A stretch of DNA of 61,372 nucleotides, counting the filler. It is 4 parts of 4 records of this genome, joined end to end, with 100 filler letters (N's around TTAATTAATTAA, not from the genome) between each part and the next. Parts side by side here need not be neighbours in the genome. Positions count along the whole stretch, not along the records: positions 1 to 23,794 come from DRR723986_11709; 3 more parts are not named here. One strand, 5' to 3'. Made by a program: the position numbers and the translations under genes. Below, piece by piece: positions 1 through 10,117 of the stretch; position 1 is the stretch's first letter, and each line of letters opens with the position of its first letter. The notes below the pieces were generated by a model. The model was given only the letters and a program-made list of their open reading frames with translations, did no database searches and was not told where the DNA came from.

Positions 1-513
1 GTAGCCTCCGTCATAGCCCATGCCTTCGTCCCCGCCGTCGTAGCCTCCACCTGCCGAAGCAACGGACGGACGGCCACCCCCGGCAGAAGCAACAGACGGA
101 CGACCACCGCCGTAGCCACCATCGTAGCCGCCCATACCTTCGTCTTCGCCTTCGCCGCCGTAGCCGCCATCGTAACCACCGTCATAGCCGCCCATACCTT
201 CGTCTTCATCCTCGGCTCCATCGTATCCGCCGCTATAACCTCCGTCATAGCCACCAGATTCGCCGGAGTCACCGGATGATTCGCCGCCGTAGGACTCCCC
301 GCCGTAGCTTTCGCCACCATAGGACTCCCCACCGGCATATCCACCTTCTTCACCGGAGTTCTTGTCGTCACTTGAAGAACTCGAAGCAGGGGCAGGGGTT
401 GCCGGAGCAGGATTTTGGGCCACTTCAGTTGCCTCATCGCCGCCGCAACCAGCAAATCCGAGCATGAGGCAGCAGCAGAGTACCGCTGATTGGGACTGAA
501 AACGGTGTGACAT
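1..513 (-). CDS. Partial (3'-truncated) lipoprotein with Gly/Tyr/Asp/Glu low-complexity repeats
   Basis: Manual translation, not in the ORF track. GGAGGTGACC-ATG start at 513; MSHRFQSQSAVLCCCLMLGFAGCGGDE has a lipobox-like FAGC; then GGESY, GGYD and DEGMGGYDGG repeats. Open to the window edge (171 codons). Confidence 0.8.
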   Translation of the reverse strand, partial: MSHRFQSQSAVLCCCLMLGFAGCGGDEATEVAQNPAPATPAPASSSSSDDKNSGEEGGYAGGESYGGESYGGESYGGESSGDSGESGGYDGGYSGGYDGAEDEDEGMGGYDGGYDGGYGGEGEDEGMGGYDGGYGGGRPSVASAGGGRPSVASAGGGYDGGDEGMGYDGGY

Positions 514-777
514 GGTCACCTCCAAGAAGTTCTTGTGAAGGGAGTCCAGAATAGTGGTACAGGCACCGAAGCTCTCGACGTCAGCGCGCATCTTCCTTGC
601 GGAAGATCCTGAAAGATTCTGAGCATTATGGCACCAACGCCAGCGAATGTCGAGAATCAAAACACCCGGAAATCGGAGCGAAAGCCCCTCAGATGGCTCT
701 TTTGTCAGGTTTACGGCGGGCAACGTGCCCTAACGCACAGAAAGCCGACCACTGAACCGACTCTTCAAGGCCAGTCG

Positions 778-1926
778 CTAATCCCAAGCGAGGCCTTCCG
801 GCAGCGAATTCAGATTGATGGGGCCATCGTCGCTCGTGATGACCATGTCCTCGACTCGGCACCCACCGAAATGCCGGCTGTACAAACCAGGCTCAACGGT
901 CAACGCCTCGCCAGCGAGAAGCGTTCCACCGTTGTCGTCCAGCAGAATTGGCTCGTGGACATCCAATCCGATGCCGTGGCCGGTGCCGTGAGGCATTACT
1001 GGATCGTCCGAAAGCACTCCACGCTTGAATGGAAACCCGTGTTCGGACAGAGTCGATTTGGTCGCCTCGTGGACGCTGTCTGCCGACGCTCCTGGCTGCA
1101 GGGCCGCGATTGCAGCGACCTTGGCATCACAAACAGCCTTGTGCATCTTAACCATCATTTCACTAGGCTGACCGTGTACGACCGTACGAGTGCAATCACC
1201 GCAGTACTTCGTTGTGTTGTTTTGAGGAAAAATATCGACAATGACCGCCTCACCAGTAAGCAATGGCCCGCTTCCTCGTTTGTGGCAGTCAGCGGTATCC
1301 GGACGAGTTGCAACGATGCTACCGTGCGGCGTGGAGTAGCCTCTGCTAACGAGGTCATTGCTAATCATGCTGCGAACGATTTCACTCGTGAGCAACTCTC
1401 CTGCGTGCACGAGTTGCCCCTTTTCATCCGCTTTCGCTCTAGCGATTGTTTCAAGGGCCATCCGCATCGTGGCTTCGGTTGCCGCCTGAGCCTCGCGAAG
1501 CCATTCGATTTCTTGCGCCGACTTGGTGCGGCGTTGCAAGACGCCTAAGTCAGCATCGTAGTCGACTGTAATTCCTGCTTGCTGAATGTGCCAAGCAAAA
1601 ATGAATGGCAGAGTTCGGTCGGCTGTGACCTTGGCAACCTCATGCCGAGTCAGAAACTCTGCGACCGCCTGAGCGGTTGCGGTCGCTCGGTCCCCGGACA
1701 AACCTCTTTGTGGAGTAAAGTCTGCCGGTGCATACACATGATCGACGCTAACTTCCTGCTTGGCTCGGTCGACTTCAATATCGCGAACTATAAAGTGCGT
1801 CGATTCGCCAGCGTCGCCGCTTAGTTGAAGCCAGGCTGCAGGATCGCCAACGTCGAACGATACTCGATGAAAGAGTGCGTTGTTTTCCGAAGGGCAACCG
1901 GCCAGGAGTGTTGCGTGTTGAGGCAT
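778..1926 (-). CDS. Xaa-Pro peptidase family protein (M24)
   Basis: Pita-bread metal motifs VDIFP..GDCTRT, HGTGHGIGLDVHEP, TVEPGLY, CRVED. Confidence 0.9.
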   Translation of the reverse strand: MPQHATLLAGCPSENNALFHRVSFDVGDPAAWLQLSGDAGESTHFIVRDIEVDRAKQEVSVDHVYAPADFTPQRGLSGDRATATAQAVAEFLTRHEVAKVTADRTLPFIFAWHIQQAGITVDYDADLGVLQRRTKSAQEIEWLREAQAATEATMRMALETIARAKADEKGQLVHAGELLTSEIVRSMISNDLVSRGYSTPHGSIVATRPDTADCHKRGSGPLLTGEAVIVDIFPQNNTTKYCGDCTRTVVHGQPSEMMVKMHKAVCDAKVAAIAALQPGASADSVHEATKSTLSEHGFPFKRGVLSDDPVMPHGTGHGIGLDVHEPILLDDNGGTLLAGEALTVEPGLYSRHFGGCRVEDMVITSDDGPINLNSLPEGLAWD

Positions 1927-1965
1927 ATTCGTTTTGCTCTTTAAGGTCTTTGTTTGAGGCTTCGC

Positions 1966-3585
1966 CTACTCCCACTCGATCGTTGCGGGCGGCTTGCTCG
2001 AAATGTCATAGCAGACACGATTTACGCCACGCACTTCGTTGATGATTCGGTTGCTAATCCGTGCCAGTAAATCGTATGGAAGGTGGCTCCAGTCGGCAGT
2101 CATGAAGTCGTCAGTATTTACGCTGCGAATCGCGACAGCACTTTCGTAAGTCCGAGCGTCTCCCATGACACCAACGCTTTGCACCGGTAGTAGCACAACA
2201 AATGTTTGTGACGTCTGGCGGTACAGTCCTGCCGCTTTGACTTCGCTGACGACAATGTGGTCCGCCTCGCGAAGCACTTCTAGCTTGTCTTTGGTTACTT
2301 CGCCCAGGCAGCGGACGGCCAGCCCAGGGCCGGGGAAGGGGTGACGCCAGACGAGTTGTTCCGGTAGGCCGAGTTCGAGTCCCAGGCGTCGCACTTCGTC
2401 CTTGAACAGATCTCGAAGCGGCTCAACCAGCTCAAATCCAAGCTGTTCGGGCAGCCCGCCCACGTTGTGGTGTAGCTTGATGGTGGCTGCTGGGCCGTCA
2501 GGAGCAGCGCCGCTTTCGATTACATCAGGATAGAGGGTGCCTTGGGCCAGGTATTTCGCCCCCTGGATCTTCTCAGCTTCCTCTTTGAAGCAGTCAATAA
2601 ACAGGCCGCCGATAATCTTGCGTTTGCTCTGCGGTTCGGTCACGCCAGCAAGTGCATCTAGAAATCGTCCCTCAGCCTCAACAATATGCAAATCAGCCTT
2701 GAAGTGATTGGTGAACTCACTCAGCACCGCCCCCTGCTCGTCTTTCCGAAGCAGTCCGTTGTCTACCAAAATACAGCTAAGTTGTGAGCCGATTGCTTTG
2801 TAGAGTAGGGCTGCAGTGACGGCACTGTCGACGCCACCGGACAGGCCACAGATAACGCGATTGTCGCCGATCTCATTGCGAAGTCGCTCAATTGTGTGCT
2901 TGGCAAAGTCAGCGATGTGCCAACGTCCTTCGCAGTTGCAGATCGCATACAAGAAGTTGTGCAGGATGGTCGCCCCAAGTGGCGTGTGCGTGACCTCTGG
3001 GTGAAACTGGAGACCGTAAACTGGCAAGCTCTTGTGCTGCACCGCGGCAAACGGACAACTGCCTGTTGCGGCAAGAGGGGTAAAGTCGTCGGACACCGCG
3101 TTGACCTGGTCACCGTGGCTCATCCAAACATCCATCTCGTCAGGCAAGCCGGACAACAAGCCCTCTTTGTTCGCGATTTTCAACGCACTGCGCCCGTACT
3201 CGCGTGCTTCGCAGTGCCCGACCTCGCTTCCCAAGTAATGACTCGCGAGCTGCATGCCGTAACAAATGCCAAGAACTGGAATCCCTAGCTTGAATAATTC
3301 GGGATCACACTTGGGAGCACCATCGGCATAAACGCTCGACGGCCCACCAGAAAGAATAATCCCCGAAGGCTTCTTGGCTGCAATTTCGGCTGCAGGAAGA
3401 TTGTGACGGATAATCTCACAGTACACATTTTGCTCACGGACGCGGCGGGCGATCAGTTGTGCGTACTGCGACCCAAAATCCAAGACTAGCACTTTCTCGC
3501 TAGAAAGGCTCTCAGGATCGAAAACGTCAGGAGAGGTTTGCAACGAAGCGTCAGACACGCAAGATTCCTTTCGCTGGCAAAGCAT
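1966..3585 (-). CDS. guaA: GMP synthase (glutamine-hydrolysing)
   Basis: LDFGSQY, GICYGMQ, QFHPEV, SGGVDS PP-loop and C-terminal KPPATIEWE; the true start may be slightly downstream. Confidence 0.97.
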   Translation of the reverse strand: MLCQRKESCVSDASLQTSPDVFDPESLSSEKVLVLDFGSQYAQLIARRVREQNVYCEIIRHNLPAAEIAAKKPSGIILSGGPSSVYADGAPKCDPELFKLGIPVLGICYGMQLASHYLGSEVGHCEAREYGRSALKIANKEGLLSGLPDEMDVWMSHGDQVNAVSDDFTPLAATGSCPFAAVQHKSLPVYGLQFHPEVTHTPLGATILHNFLYAICNCEGRWHIADFAKHTIERLRNEIGDNRVICGLSGGVDSAVTAALLYKAIGSQLSCILVDNGLLRKDEQGAVLSEFTNHFKADLHIVEAEGRFLDALAGVTEPQSKRKIIGGLFIDCFKEEAEKIQGAKYLAQGTLYPDVIESGAAPDGPAATIKLHHNVGGLPEQLGFELVEPLRDLFKDEVRRLGLELGLPEQLVWRHPFPGPGLAVRCLGEVTKDKLEVLREADHIVVSEVKAAGLYRQTSQTFVVLLPVQSVGVMGDARTYESAVAIRSVNTDDFMTADWSHLPYDLLARISNRIINEVRGVNRVCYDISSKPPATIEWE

Positions 3586-3752
3586 TCGCGGTCACAGCAG
3601 CTTTGATGCAGGACCGCCAAGTGGCAAACGTCCGAGTATAGGCTGAGCCCCGCAATCGCAACAGTGCTCGCCCTGGGCTGGAGCGGTGATTCATCACGTC
3701 CCTGCCTTATCCGGCGTCATTGATCAATCCAAGGCATGTGGTACTCAGGCAC

Positions 3753-4781
3753 TTAACGTGGAAGGTGGGAAAGGACGTATCGAGTGGTAGGAAGAGAAAG
3801 ACCGTTGCCAAGGAGCTTCCACAATTGGCGATTGGTTAGACTGGCTGGCAAAACGAAGGAGTCCGTAAAACCAAGTAACCGGGCGACCTCTCGAGGTGAA
3901 AACCGCCGAATCATCCCACGATCACTAAGGTAAGAACCACTCCTGCTGATTGCCCGCCCGTAGCTACTTCCGAAGCAGGCGGCGGGTCGGTCGAAGCGTC
4001 CATCAATGTCTGTCACGATATCCATCGCTGGTCGGTGGCGTTCCAGCACAATTGGATCTACCCACAGGTCTTCGCCGGCCCGGAAACAACTATCAGCGAC
4101 TGGATCGATAAAATCAGACGTAGGAAAACTGGAGCCCGCACGGTCGGCTGCGTCGCTTGAGTCAGGGCAATCCCTGAGTTCGAACCTCATCAACGATTGA
4201 TCTGGGGCTATGGGATGTGCAAGTGGCATGCTTCGCCAAGGGAGCGTTCGGCCTTGATGAGCGATCAAGTACAGCCGCACGCGACGGTTCGGCCATCGGA
4301 AATGTGTTGGACAGACCAATTGATACGTTATCTGGTACTGAGCCGAAGAAAGAACGTCCGAAACAAAGTTGAATCCGTCTGACTCAAGAAACCCCAGAAC
4401 ATTTTCGAGAACAATCGTCCTTGGCTGAACTTCCGCCAACAGGCGAATCACATGGCTGAGTGGCGCACTGCGGCGATCAGACATCCCGCGCCTTGCGCCA
4501 CGTCGGCTGAAGGGCTGGCAAGGCGGAGAGAGCCAAACGCAGTCAGCGGCCCAGGATTCAAAGTCTGACGTGGTGAGCGATTGGATTTCTCGGCGGAAGA
4601 AGCGAGCGGCGTGGTTCGCTTTATAGGTTGATTCAGCGTGTTGATCGATATCAACGGCAGCGACAATGTTAGCTTCTGGCCAAGCGGCAGCCACGCCCCC
4701 CAACCCCGCGAACAACTCAACAACTCGATGCGCTGGCGGCTCCCAGCAACCGTTTCCGTTCGCCTCAGTCGTCATCGCCAC
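3753..4781 (-). CDS. Cytosine-C5 methyltransferase, Dnmt2 (TRDMT1)-like
   Basis: Motif I ELFAGLGG, IV SPPCQPFSR, VI ENV, VIII PNRRVRLYLIA, CFGSSYG...SGS, IX RFSPREVARLLGF, X LLGNGLS. Confidence 0.85.
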   Translation of the reverse strand: MAMTTEANGNGCWEPPAHRVVELFAGLGGVAAAWPEANIVAAVDIDQHAESTYKANHAARFFRREIQSLTTSDFESWAADCVWLSPPCQPFSRRGARRGMSDRRSAPLSHVIRLLAEVQPRTIVLENVLGFLESDGFNFVSDVLSSAQYQITYQLVCPTHFRWPNRRVRLYLIAHQGRTLPWRSMPLAHPIAPDQSLMRFELRDCPDSSDAADRAGSSFPTSDFIDPVADSCFRAGEDLWVDPIVLERHRPAMDIVTDIDGRFDRPAACFGSSYGRAISRSGSYLSDRGMIRRFSPREVARLLGFTDSFVLPASLTNRQLWKLLGNGLSLPTTRYVLSHLPR

Positions 4782-4874
4782 TGCCCGTCTTCACTCCGCG
4801 TCTAGCTCCTTGGCGAAAAAGGATAGCGGCAGCTAGCTGCCGCCCACAAGAGTAAGACAGCATCTTTTGATGCT

Positions 4875-6245
4875 TTAGCGGTTGTCGATCCAGCGGCGGG
4901 ATTTTCCTTCGCTGCGGGGAAGTGAGTTTGGTTGAGCCAGGGTGACGGGGATGCGAAGGCCGAGACGTGTCTCGAAACGCTGCTGCAGTGCTGTGATTTG
5001 TTCAGCAGAAGCTTCTACTTCCAGCGAAAGCTGATCTAGGTGCCCGTCGCGAGTGACCGTCACACGATACTCCGCCATCGCGAGTACCTCACGAACAATT
5101 CGATCAACACTAGATGGAAAGACATTCACACCGCGAATGGTCACCATATTGTCCGCGCGGCCAACAACGCCCTCAGGCAACCACAGAAAATTACACTGGT
5201 CGCTGGGCGGCTGGGCAATCTTGACGACATCTCCCGTCCGATAACGAATCACCGGTGCACCAAGGCGACCAATCGAGGTCAGAAGCAGCTCAAACAGCTC
5301 GTCGGCTTCCTCCGCGTCTTCCTTGTCACTTGGTGAATCGTTTGCTGTCGCCACCGGAATGAGCTCAGCGATAAAGCTGGTTTCAATTATGTGTAAACCG
5401 ATTCGATCTTGCCAGCCGAATCCCCAAGGGCCGATCTCAGTCGCACCACTATGATCGATGACTCGTGCCGACCAGGCTGATTCGATTTGCTGACGGACGC
5501 TTGGGACGCTACCACCCGCTTCGCCCGCAACAATCAAACGATCGATGGGTAAACTGGCCAGATCGAATTCGTTTTCCTTGGCCACTGCGGCCAGATGCAA
5601 CGCGTAACTGGGCGTGCAACAAACGATATTCGCGCCAGAAGTCCTCATGAAATCCAGCCTAGCGAGCGAGCTAAGGCCTCCGCCGGGGATGGCCAGAGCT
5701 CCTCGGTCAGCGATCGCCTGATGAGCACTCCAGAAGCCGACGAAGGGGCCGAAGCTGAATGCCAGGAACGCCCGGTCGCTCTCTTGCACCTGGGCTGCAT
5801 CCAAGACATGTTGCCAGGTCTGACTCCACCAACGCCAATCCGCCTCCGTATCCAACACCTTTAGCGGCGTTCCTGTCGTGCCACTTGTTCGATGCATCCT
5901 CGAATAGGCAGACGGCGGGTAAGTATGGTGACCGCTCAGCCCCTCACTGGATGAATCGGCAGACTGGACGAGGTCCTCTTTGTGAGTGATCGGAAGACTC
6001 GCCAGCTCGTCGAGCGAGTTCAGCCGCAGGTCCGTGCCCAAGCTCTCGCGATAAAACTCGTTGTGTGGCAGAACAGCGGCAAACTGGGCATTCAAACGCT
6101 CAAGCTGCCAAGCTGCAATCGCGTCCCTCGACCAACTCCAGCACTCCGACGGCCGTGGCATTTCAAATCCACTGGTCTCGCTAGCATTAATCCCGCTAGC
6201 ACTGGACTCACGAGTATGGCTTGAGGGCGAACGATGGGGCTTCAT
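4875..6245 (-). CDS. Phenylacetate-CoA ligase (PaaK) family adenylate-forming enzyme
   Basis: RTSGTTG P-loop, CTPSY, AGEAG, SGATEIG, RYRTGD, GRADNM..RGVNVFP; start trimmed from the ORF-track 6380 to the ATG at 6245 (uncertain). Confidence 0.85.
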   Translation of the reverse strand: MKPHRSPSSHTRESSASGINASETSGFEMPRPSECWSWSRDAIAAWQLERLNAQFAAVLPHNEFYRESLGTDLRLNSLDELASLPITHKEDLVQSADSSSEGLSGHHTYPPSAYSRMHRTSGTTGTPLKVLDTEADWRWWSQTWQHVLDAAQVQESDRAFLAFSFGPFVGFWSAHQAIADRGALAIPGGGLSSLARLDFMRTSGANIVCCTPSYALHLAAVAKENEFDLASLPIDRLIVAGEAGGSVPSVRQQIESAWSARVIDHSGATEIGPWGFGWQDRIGLHIIETSFIAELIPVATANDSPSDKEDAEEADELFELLLTSIGRLGAPVIRYRTGDVVKIAQPPSDQCNFLWLPEGVVGRADNMVTIRGVNVFPSSVDRIVREVLAMAEYRVTVTRDGHLDQLSLEVEASAEQITALQQRFETRLGLRIPVTLAQPNSLPRSEGKSRRWIDNR

Positions 6246-6938
6246 GGGCTGCTCAGGCAAGGCAATCGGTCGGTGGAAAGCAATTCTGCTGCGCCGGACA
6301 GCAGGCGGTTTGGGCGAATCGAATTCTACCAATCGAGCTAGCCGGCCGCTTGCCGTCGTTACAGATTGTCTAACCCGCACAAAAAGAACGGCTTTGCCAG
6401 AATTACTTTACAAGCTGCAAAACGACTTCAGACGCCGCTTGGATCGTTTTAGCCACATCGATAGAGTCTTTGTGATGCCTGGCGGCAACCTCAGTGGATA
6501 AATTGAGGCAGCCTGGCAACACGGTGTGAAACTGTGCCGAATGTGCTGCTTAGGCAAGCAGCGACTGTAAGTTGTTTCACCAAAAACACTTATGCGTCCA
6601 CGGAGCCTGATTTTGAGGCGCATTTGGCATTTGTCGGCTATGGTTTCGCATTTTTGCGAAGTACTTAGCTGACCGTTGAAATAAACTAAGTTCCTGTACA
6701 AGCCAGGGTTTACGGCGCTGCGAACGGGGCAACTCGGGAGTGGACGGATCGCTGGCAGGCATTTGAAAATTGTCGCTCACAGTGGAAGAATGACCACGCG
6801 AGCAACCTGAGGCTGCATTGATGCGCAGCCTTTACTGAGAAGATAGTCGTCTCCTGCTCGGGAGCTGGCTATTCGCTTCGCCCACACGGACGTGCGACCA
6901 TGACTAACCCCCTTTCCGCATTTTGTCGGATACGAGCC

Positions 6939-8336
6939 ATGATGCACAAAATTGTATTACCACTAGCTGCACTGACCACCGGTCTGACGGTATTCTCGTC
7001 TGTCGGGCACGCGCAAAATTGCTGCCCAACTTACGGCGTTCGTACGCAGACCGTCTGGGTACCGCGAACAGAAACACGCTATCGAATCGAGTACGAAACG
7101 ATCGAGGAAGAGCGTGAAATCACGACTTATCGAAGTGTGCCGAAGACGCGCTATGAGACTCGGACGCGAAAGGTCAGCAAGCCAGTTGTCGAGACCAGTA
7201 CGATCGAAGAGCGTTACACGGTGATGAAACCGGTACGTCGAACCGAGATGGTCGATCGCAGCTATAACGAAACGACTTACGTGACCGAGACGTCGGAACG
7301 CGAAGAGTACTACACGACGTATCGTCCGGTGACCGAAACTCACATGCAGACGCGAAATCGCGTGGTGCAGCGACCGGTAACCGAGACCACTTACCAGACG
7401 CAGAACTACACAACCTATCGCCCGGTCACAACCTATCAGAACACCGTTGTTGACCAGGGGCAGTATGTTGCTCAGCAGTACTACCAGCCTGGGGATACGC
7501 GTTATCATCTTCGTTGGATGCGGGGTGGCTACCAGGCTGACCCTAGCGGCACAGCGGGCTACCGACGTGGCGGATTGGGCTGGGTTCCGTACACATCGCC
7601 GGGCCAAACCTATGCTCAGCTTGCTTACCGGCCAAATCCCGTTCAGGTTGCTGTTCCGCGTACGACCGTCGTTCCTGAAGTCCAGCAAGCTCAGGTGCCA
7701 GTCCAGGTAACCCGGATGCAAGCCGAGACCATTCAGGAGCAAGTGCCCGTAAACGTCACTCGGATGGAAGCGGTTCAGAACGTGCGCAAGGTGCCTGTGA
7801 CCACCCGCCGCCCGGTGACGCGACGCGTGGAGCGGCAAGTACCGGTTGAGCGCGTTGAGTGGGTTGAGCAAGAGATGGTTCGCCCGAAGGAAATCACACG
7901 CACAAGCTACAAGATCGAAGAGATTACCGAAGAGATTCCGATCCGCTACTACGAGACCGAAGCGGTTACCAACACGGTGAAAGTGCCTGTTCGTGTCGCT
8001 CGAAGAGTTCCTTATGAAGTGACCGTCCGTGTTCCTCAGCGAGTTGTAACGCCGATGACGCTGCGATACTACGACCCTTATGCGGTCCCACTGAGCAGCG
8101 GATCTTCGTCCTGGATGCCTTCGAGTGAGTCCACGTCGGTTCGCTACGGCGAGTCACGTCCTGCAGACAGCTTGCCTCCAGCACGTGTGAAGAAGGAACC
8201 TACACCGGATCCATTCGCATCAGGCGAGAGCGAGCCACGAAGTAGCGCCAAGCCTGCGGTTGAAGATCCCGAGTCGACCGCGGCGGACTCGCTTGAGTTG
8301 GAAGGCTCCGGCGCGAACGATGGCCCTCGAGCCTAG
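6939..8336 (+). CDS. Secreted planctomycete YTV-type repeat (cell-envelope) protein
   Basis: Signal peptide ending GHA-QNCCP; 16-residue V/T/R/E/Y-rich repeats (RYTVMKPV, YRPVTET, QVPV); disordered C-terminal tail. Confidence 0.7.
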   Translation: MMHKIVLPLAALTTGLTVFSSVGHAQNCCPTYGVRTQTVWVPRTETRYRIEYETIEEEREITTYRSVPKTRYETRTRKVSKPVVETSTIEERYTVMKPVRRTEMVDRSYNETTYVTETSEREEYYTTYRPVTETHMQTRNRVVQRPVTETTYQTQNYTTYRPVTTYQNTVVDQGQYVAQQYYQPGDTRYHLRWMRGGYQADPSGTAGYRRGGLGWVPYTSPGQTYAQLAYRPNPVQVAVPRTTVVPEVQQAQVPVQVTRMQAETIQEQVPVNVTRMEAVQNVRKVPVTTRRPVTRRVERQVPVERVEWVEQEMVRPKEITRTSYKIEEITEEIPIRYYETEAVTNTVKVPVRVARRVPYEVTVRVPQRVVTPMTLRYYDPYAVPLSSGSSSWMPSSESTSVRYGESRPADSLPPARVKKEPTPDPFASGESEPRSSAKPAVEDPESTAADSLELEGSGANDGPRA

Positions 8337-8408
8337 CCAGGCACACTAGCCCTAGCCCAGCACACTAGCGGCATAGTCGCCGCCAGCACAATTGGTTCTC
8401 CAATCTGG

Positions 8409-8442
8409 ATGGCTGTCACTTTCGGGTGGCAGCCATTTTTTT
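8409..8442 (+). terminator. Rho-independent terminator
   Basis: ATGGCTGTCAC-tTTCGg-GTGGCAGCCAT stem followed by a T-tract, downstream of the repeat-protein gene. Confidence 0.75.
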
Positions 8443-8585
8443 GCGCTCGCGTGGAATGAGTCGGATTCTGGCTGGCGGCTGTTCTAACAGTCATCTTGAC
8501 GGCGAGCTTTAGCGACAAGGCCGATTGACGGTTTTCGGCGGCAGCCTACCCTTTCTGCTTTGAGTCCCGTGGCGACAAGCAGAAT

Positions 8586-9965
8586 ATGATCAACGGACCC
8601 TCCAACGCCATCGCTGCTCGAGGCGGCTTCTTCTATGGCTACGCGATCGTTCTGGTCGCAATCCTCGCACAGATCGGCTCAACGCCGGGCCAGACGTACG
8701 CGATCAGCGTCTTCATCCCATATCTGGAATCTGGCCTTGAGCTGAGTAAGACGAAGATTTCAGCCGCCTACATGCTGGGCACACTCTTGGCGGCCGTGCC
8801 GTTGACATTCATTGGTCCGATCTCAGATCGTTGGGGCATTCGCAAAACCACTGTCGGAGTTTCCGTTGCACTTGGCATTGCATGTTGTTTGGCCAGTCTA
8901 GCGACTGGGTTCTGGAGTATTCTTGCCGCATTTCTATTTCTGAGGTTTCTCGGGCAAGGTGCAATTACTCTCTTAGCCGGCAACATGGTTAGCATGTGGT
9001 TTCACCGAAAATTGGGAGCCATGAACGCGATCATGTGCGCTGGCAGTGCGAGTGCATTTGCATTCGCACCTGTTCTGCTTCGCAATTTGATCGATTCCAC
9101 CAGTTGGCAAACGGGCTTTCTTGTTCAAGGTGGATTGTTAATCGGTCTGCTCGTCCCCATCGTGCTGCTACTCTACCGAAATCATCCCAGGGACTTAAAC
9201 CTACACTACGACGGTGATCCGGTCATCACAACAAATGAAGTCACACCGAATGATGACGCAACTCAGGACGATACGGCAGATGAGGCTGCGAGACTGGACG
9301 ACCAACAGCCAAACAGTCACACTCCGAAGCAAAAGAGCGTTCGTGCGCCAATCGAAACTCCAGACGTCAGTCTTTCGTTGGGGCAAGCGATTCAGCACCG
9401 AAGTTTTTGGGTGCTGGCTGCCGCGATGGTCAGTTGGGCGATGTTCGGAACAGGCGTGGTCTTCCATTGCTTGAGCGTTTTTGCGGAGTACGGCATCGCT
9501 GCAAAGCAGGCCGAATTGCTCTTTCCAACTTTTTCGGGCAGCATGCTCGCCATGCAATTGATCGGCGGGCTGCTGGCCGACCGCATGCCACTCAATCGCC
9601 TGCTGTCGATTAGTTTCTTGATGCTCGCGGTCGGGATTGGGATCGTCCCAATGACGACAAACGGTTGGATGGTGCATGGCTTTGCACTCTTCTTTGGAGC
9701 CGGGCAAGGATTGGCGATATCCGTCACCGCAACGATGTGGGCTCGCTACTACGGTCGGCAACACCTTGGCAAGATCCGCGGTGCGATTTGGTGCATGACG
9801 GTCGCGGGTAGCGGCTGTGGGCCACTTGTATTGGGGGCGGTACAGGAATCAACCGGTAGCTTCCAACTAGGACTCTGGTTCTTTGCGGGAACACTGGCCC
9901 TAATGACGCCAGTGTGTTTGTTGGCCACGCCTCCGAATCGAATCTTGGCCGGAGAAGCTGGTTAG
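8586..9965 (+). CDS. MFS transporter
   Basis: About 12 hydrophobic segments; motif A-like GPISDRWGIRK and GLLADRMPLNR; long central loop. Confidence 0.9.
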   Translation: MINGPSNAIAARGGFFYGYAIVLVAILAQIGSTPGQTYAISVFIPYLESGLELSKTKISAAYMLGTLLAAVPLTFIGPISDRWGIRKTTVGVSVALGIACCLASLATGFWSILAAFLFLRFLGQGAITLLAGNMVSMWFHRKLGAMNAIMCAGSASAFAFAPVLLRNLIDSTSWQTGFLVQGGLLIGLLVPIVLLLYRNHPRDLNLHYDGDPVITTNEVTPNDDATQDDTADEAARLDDQQPNSHTPKQKSVRAPIETPDVSLSLGQAIQHRSFWVLAAAMVSWAMFGTGVVFHCLSVFAEYGIAAKQAELLFPTFSGSMLAMQLIGGLLADRMPLNRLLSISFLMLAVGIGIVPMTTNGWMVHGFALFFGAGQGLAISVTATMWARYYGRQHLGKIRGAIWCMTVAGSGCGPLVLGAVQESTGSFQLGLWFFAGTLALMTPVCLLATPPNRILAGEAG

Positions 9966-10117
9966 GCTGTATTGCTGCAACGTTTGTGCTTGCTGAGGCA
10001 TTGGTGCTTCTGCCACGGCAACTTTGAGTCTGGTTTCGGGGCCGCTCAAGCAATCGACAAGTTCGCCTGCTAGAATTGTGCGGTCCCGCCTCCAAATCCC
10101 CTTCGCATTGGTGCCGT

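Noticed and set aside
1-345. Nucleotide repeats (gtagccgcc/catagcc) as a non-coding array
   Set aside because: Explained by the GGY/GGD codons of the minus-strand lipoprotein
3753-4781. Restriction-modification or defence system
   Set aside because: No endonuclease or vsr neighbour, and the motifs fit Dnmt2 better
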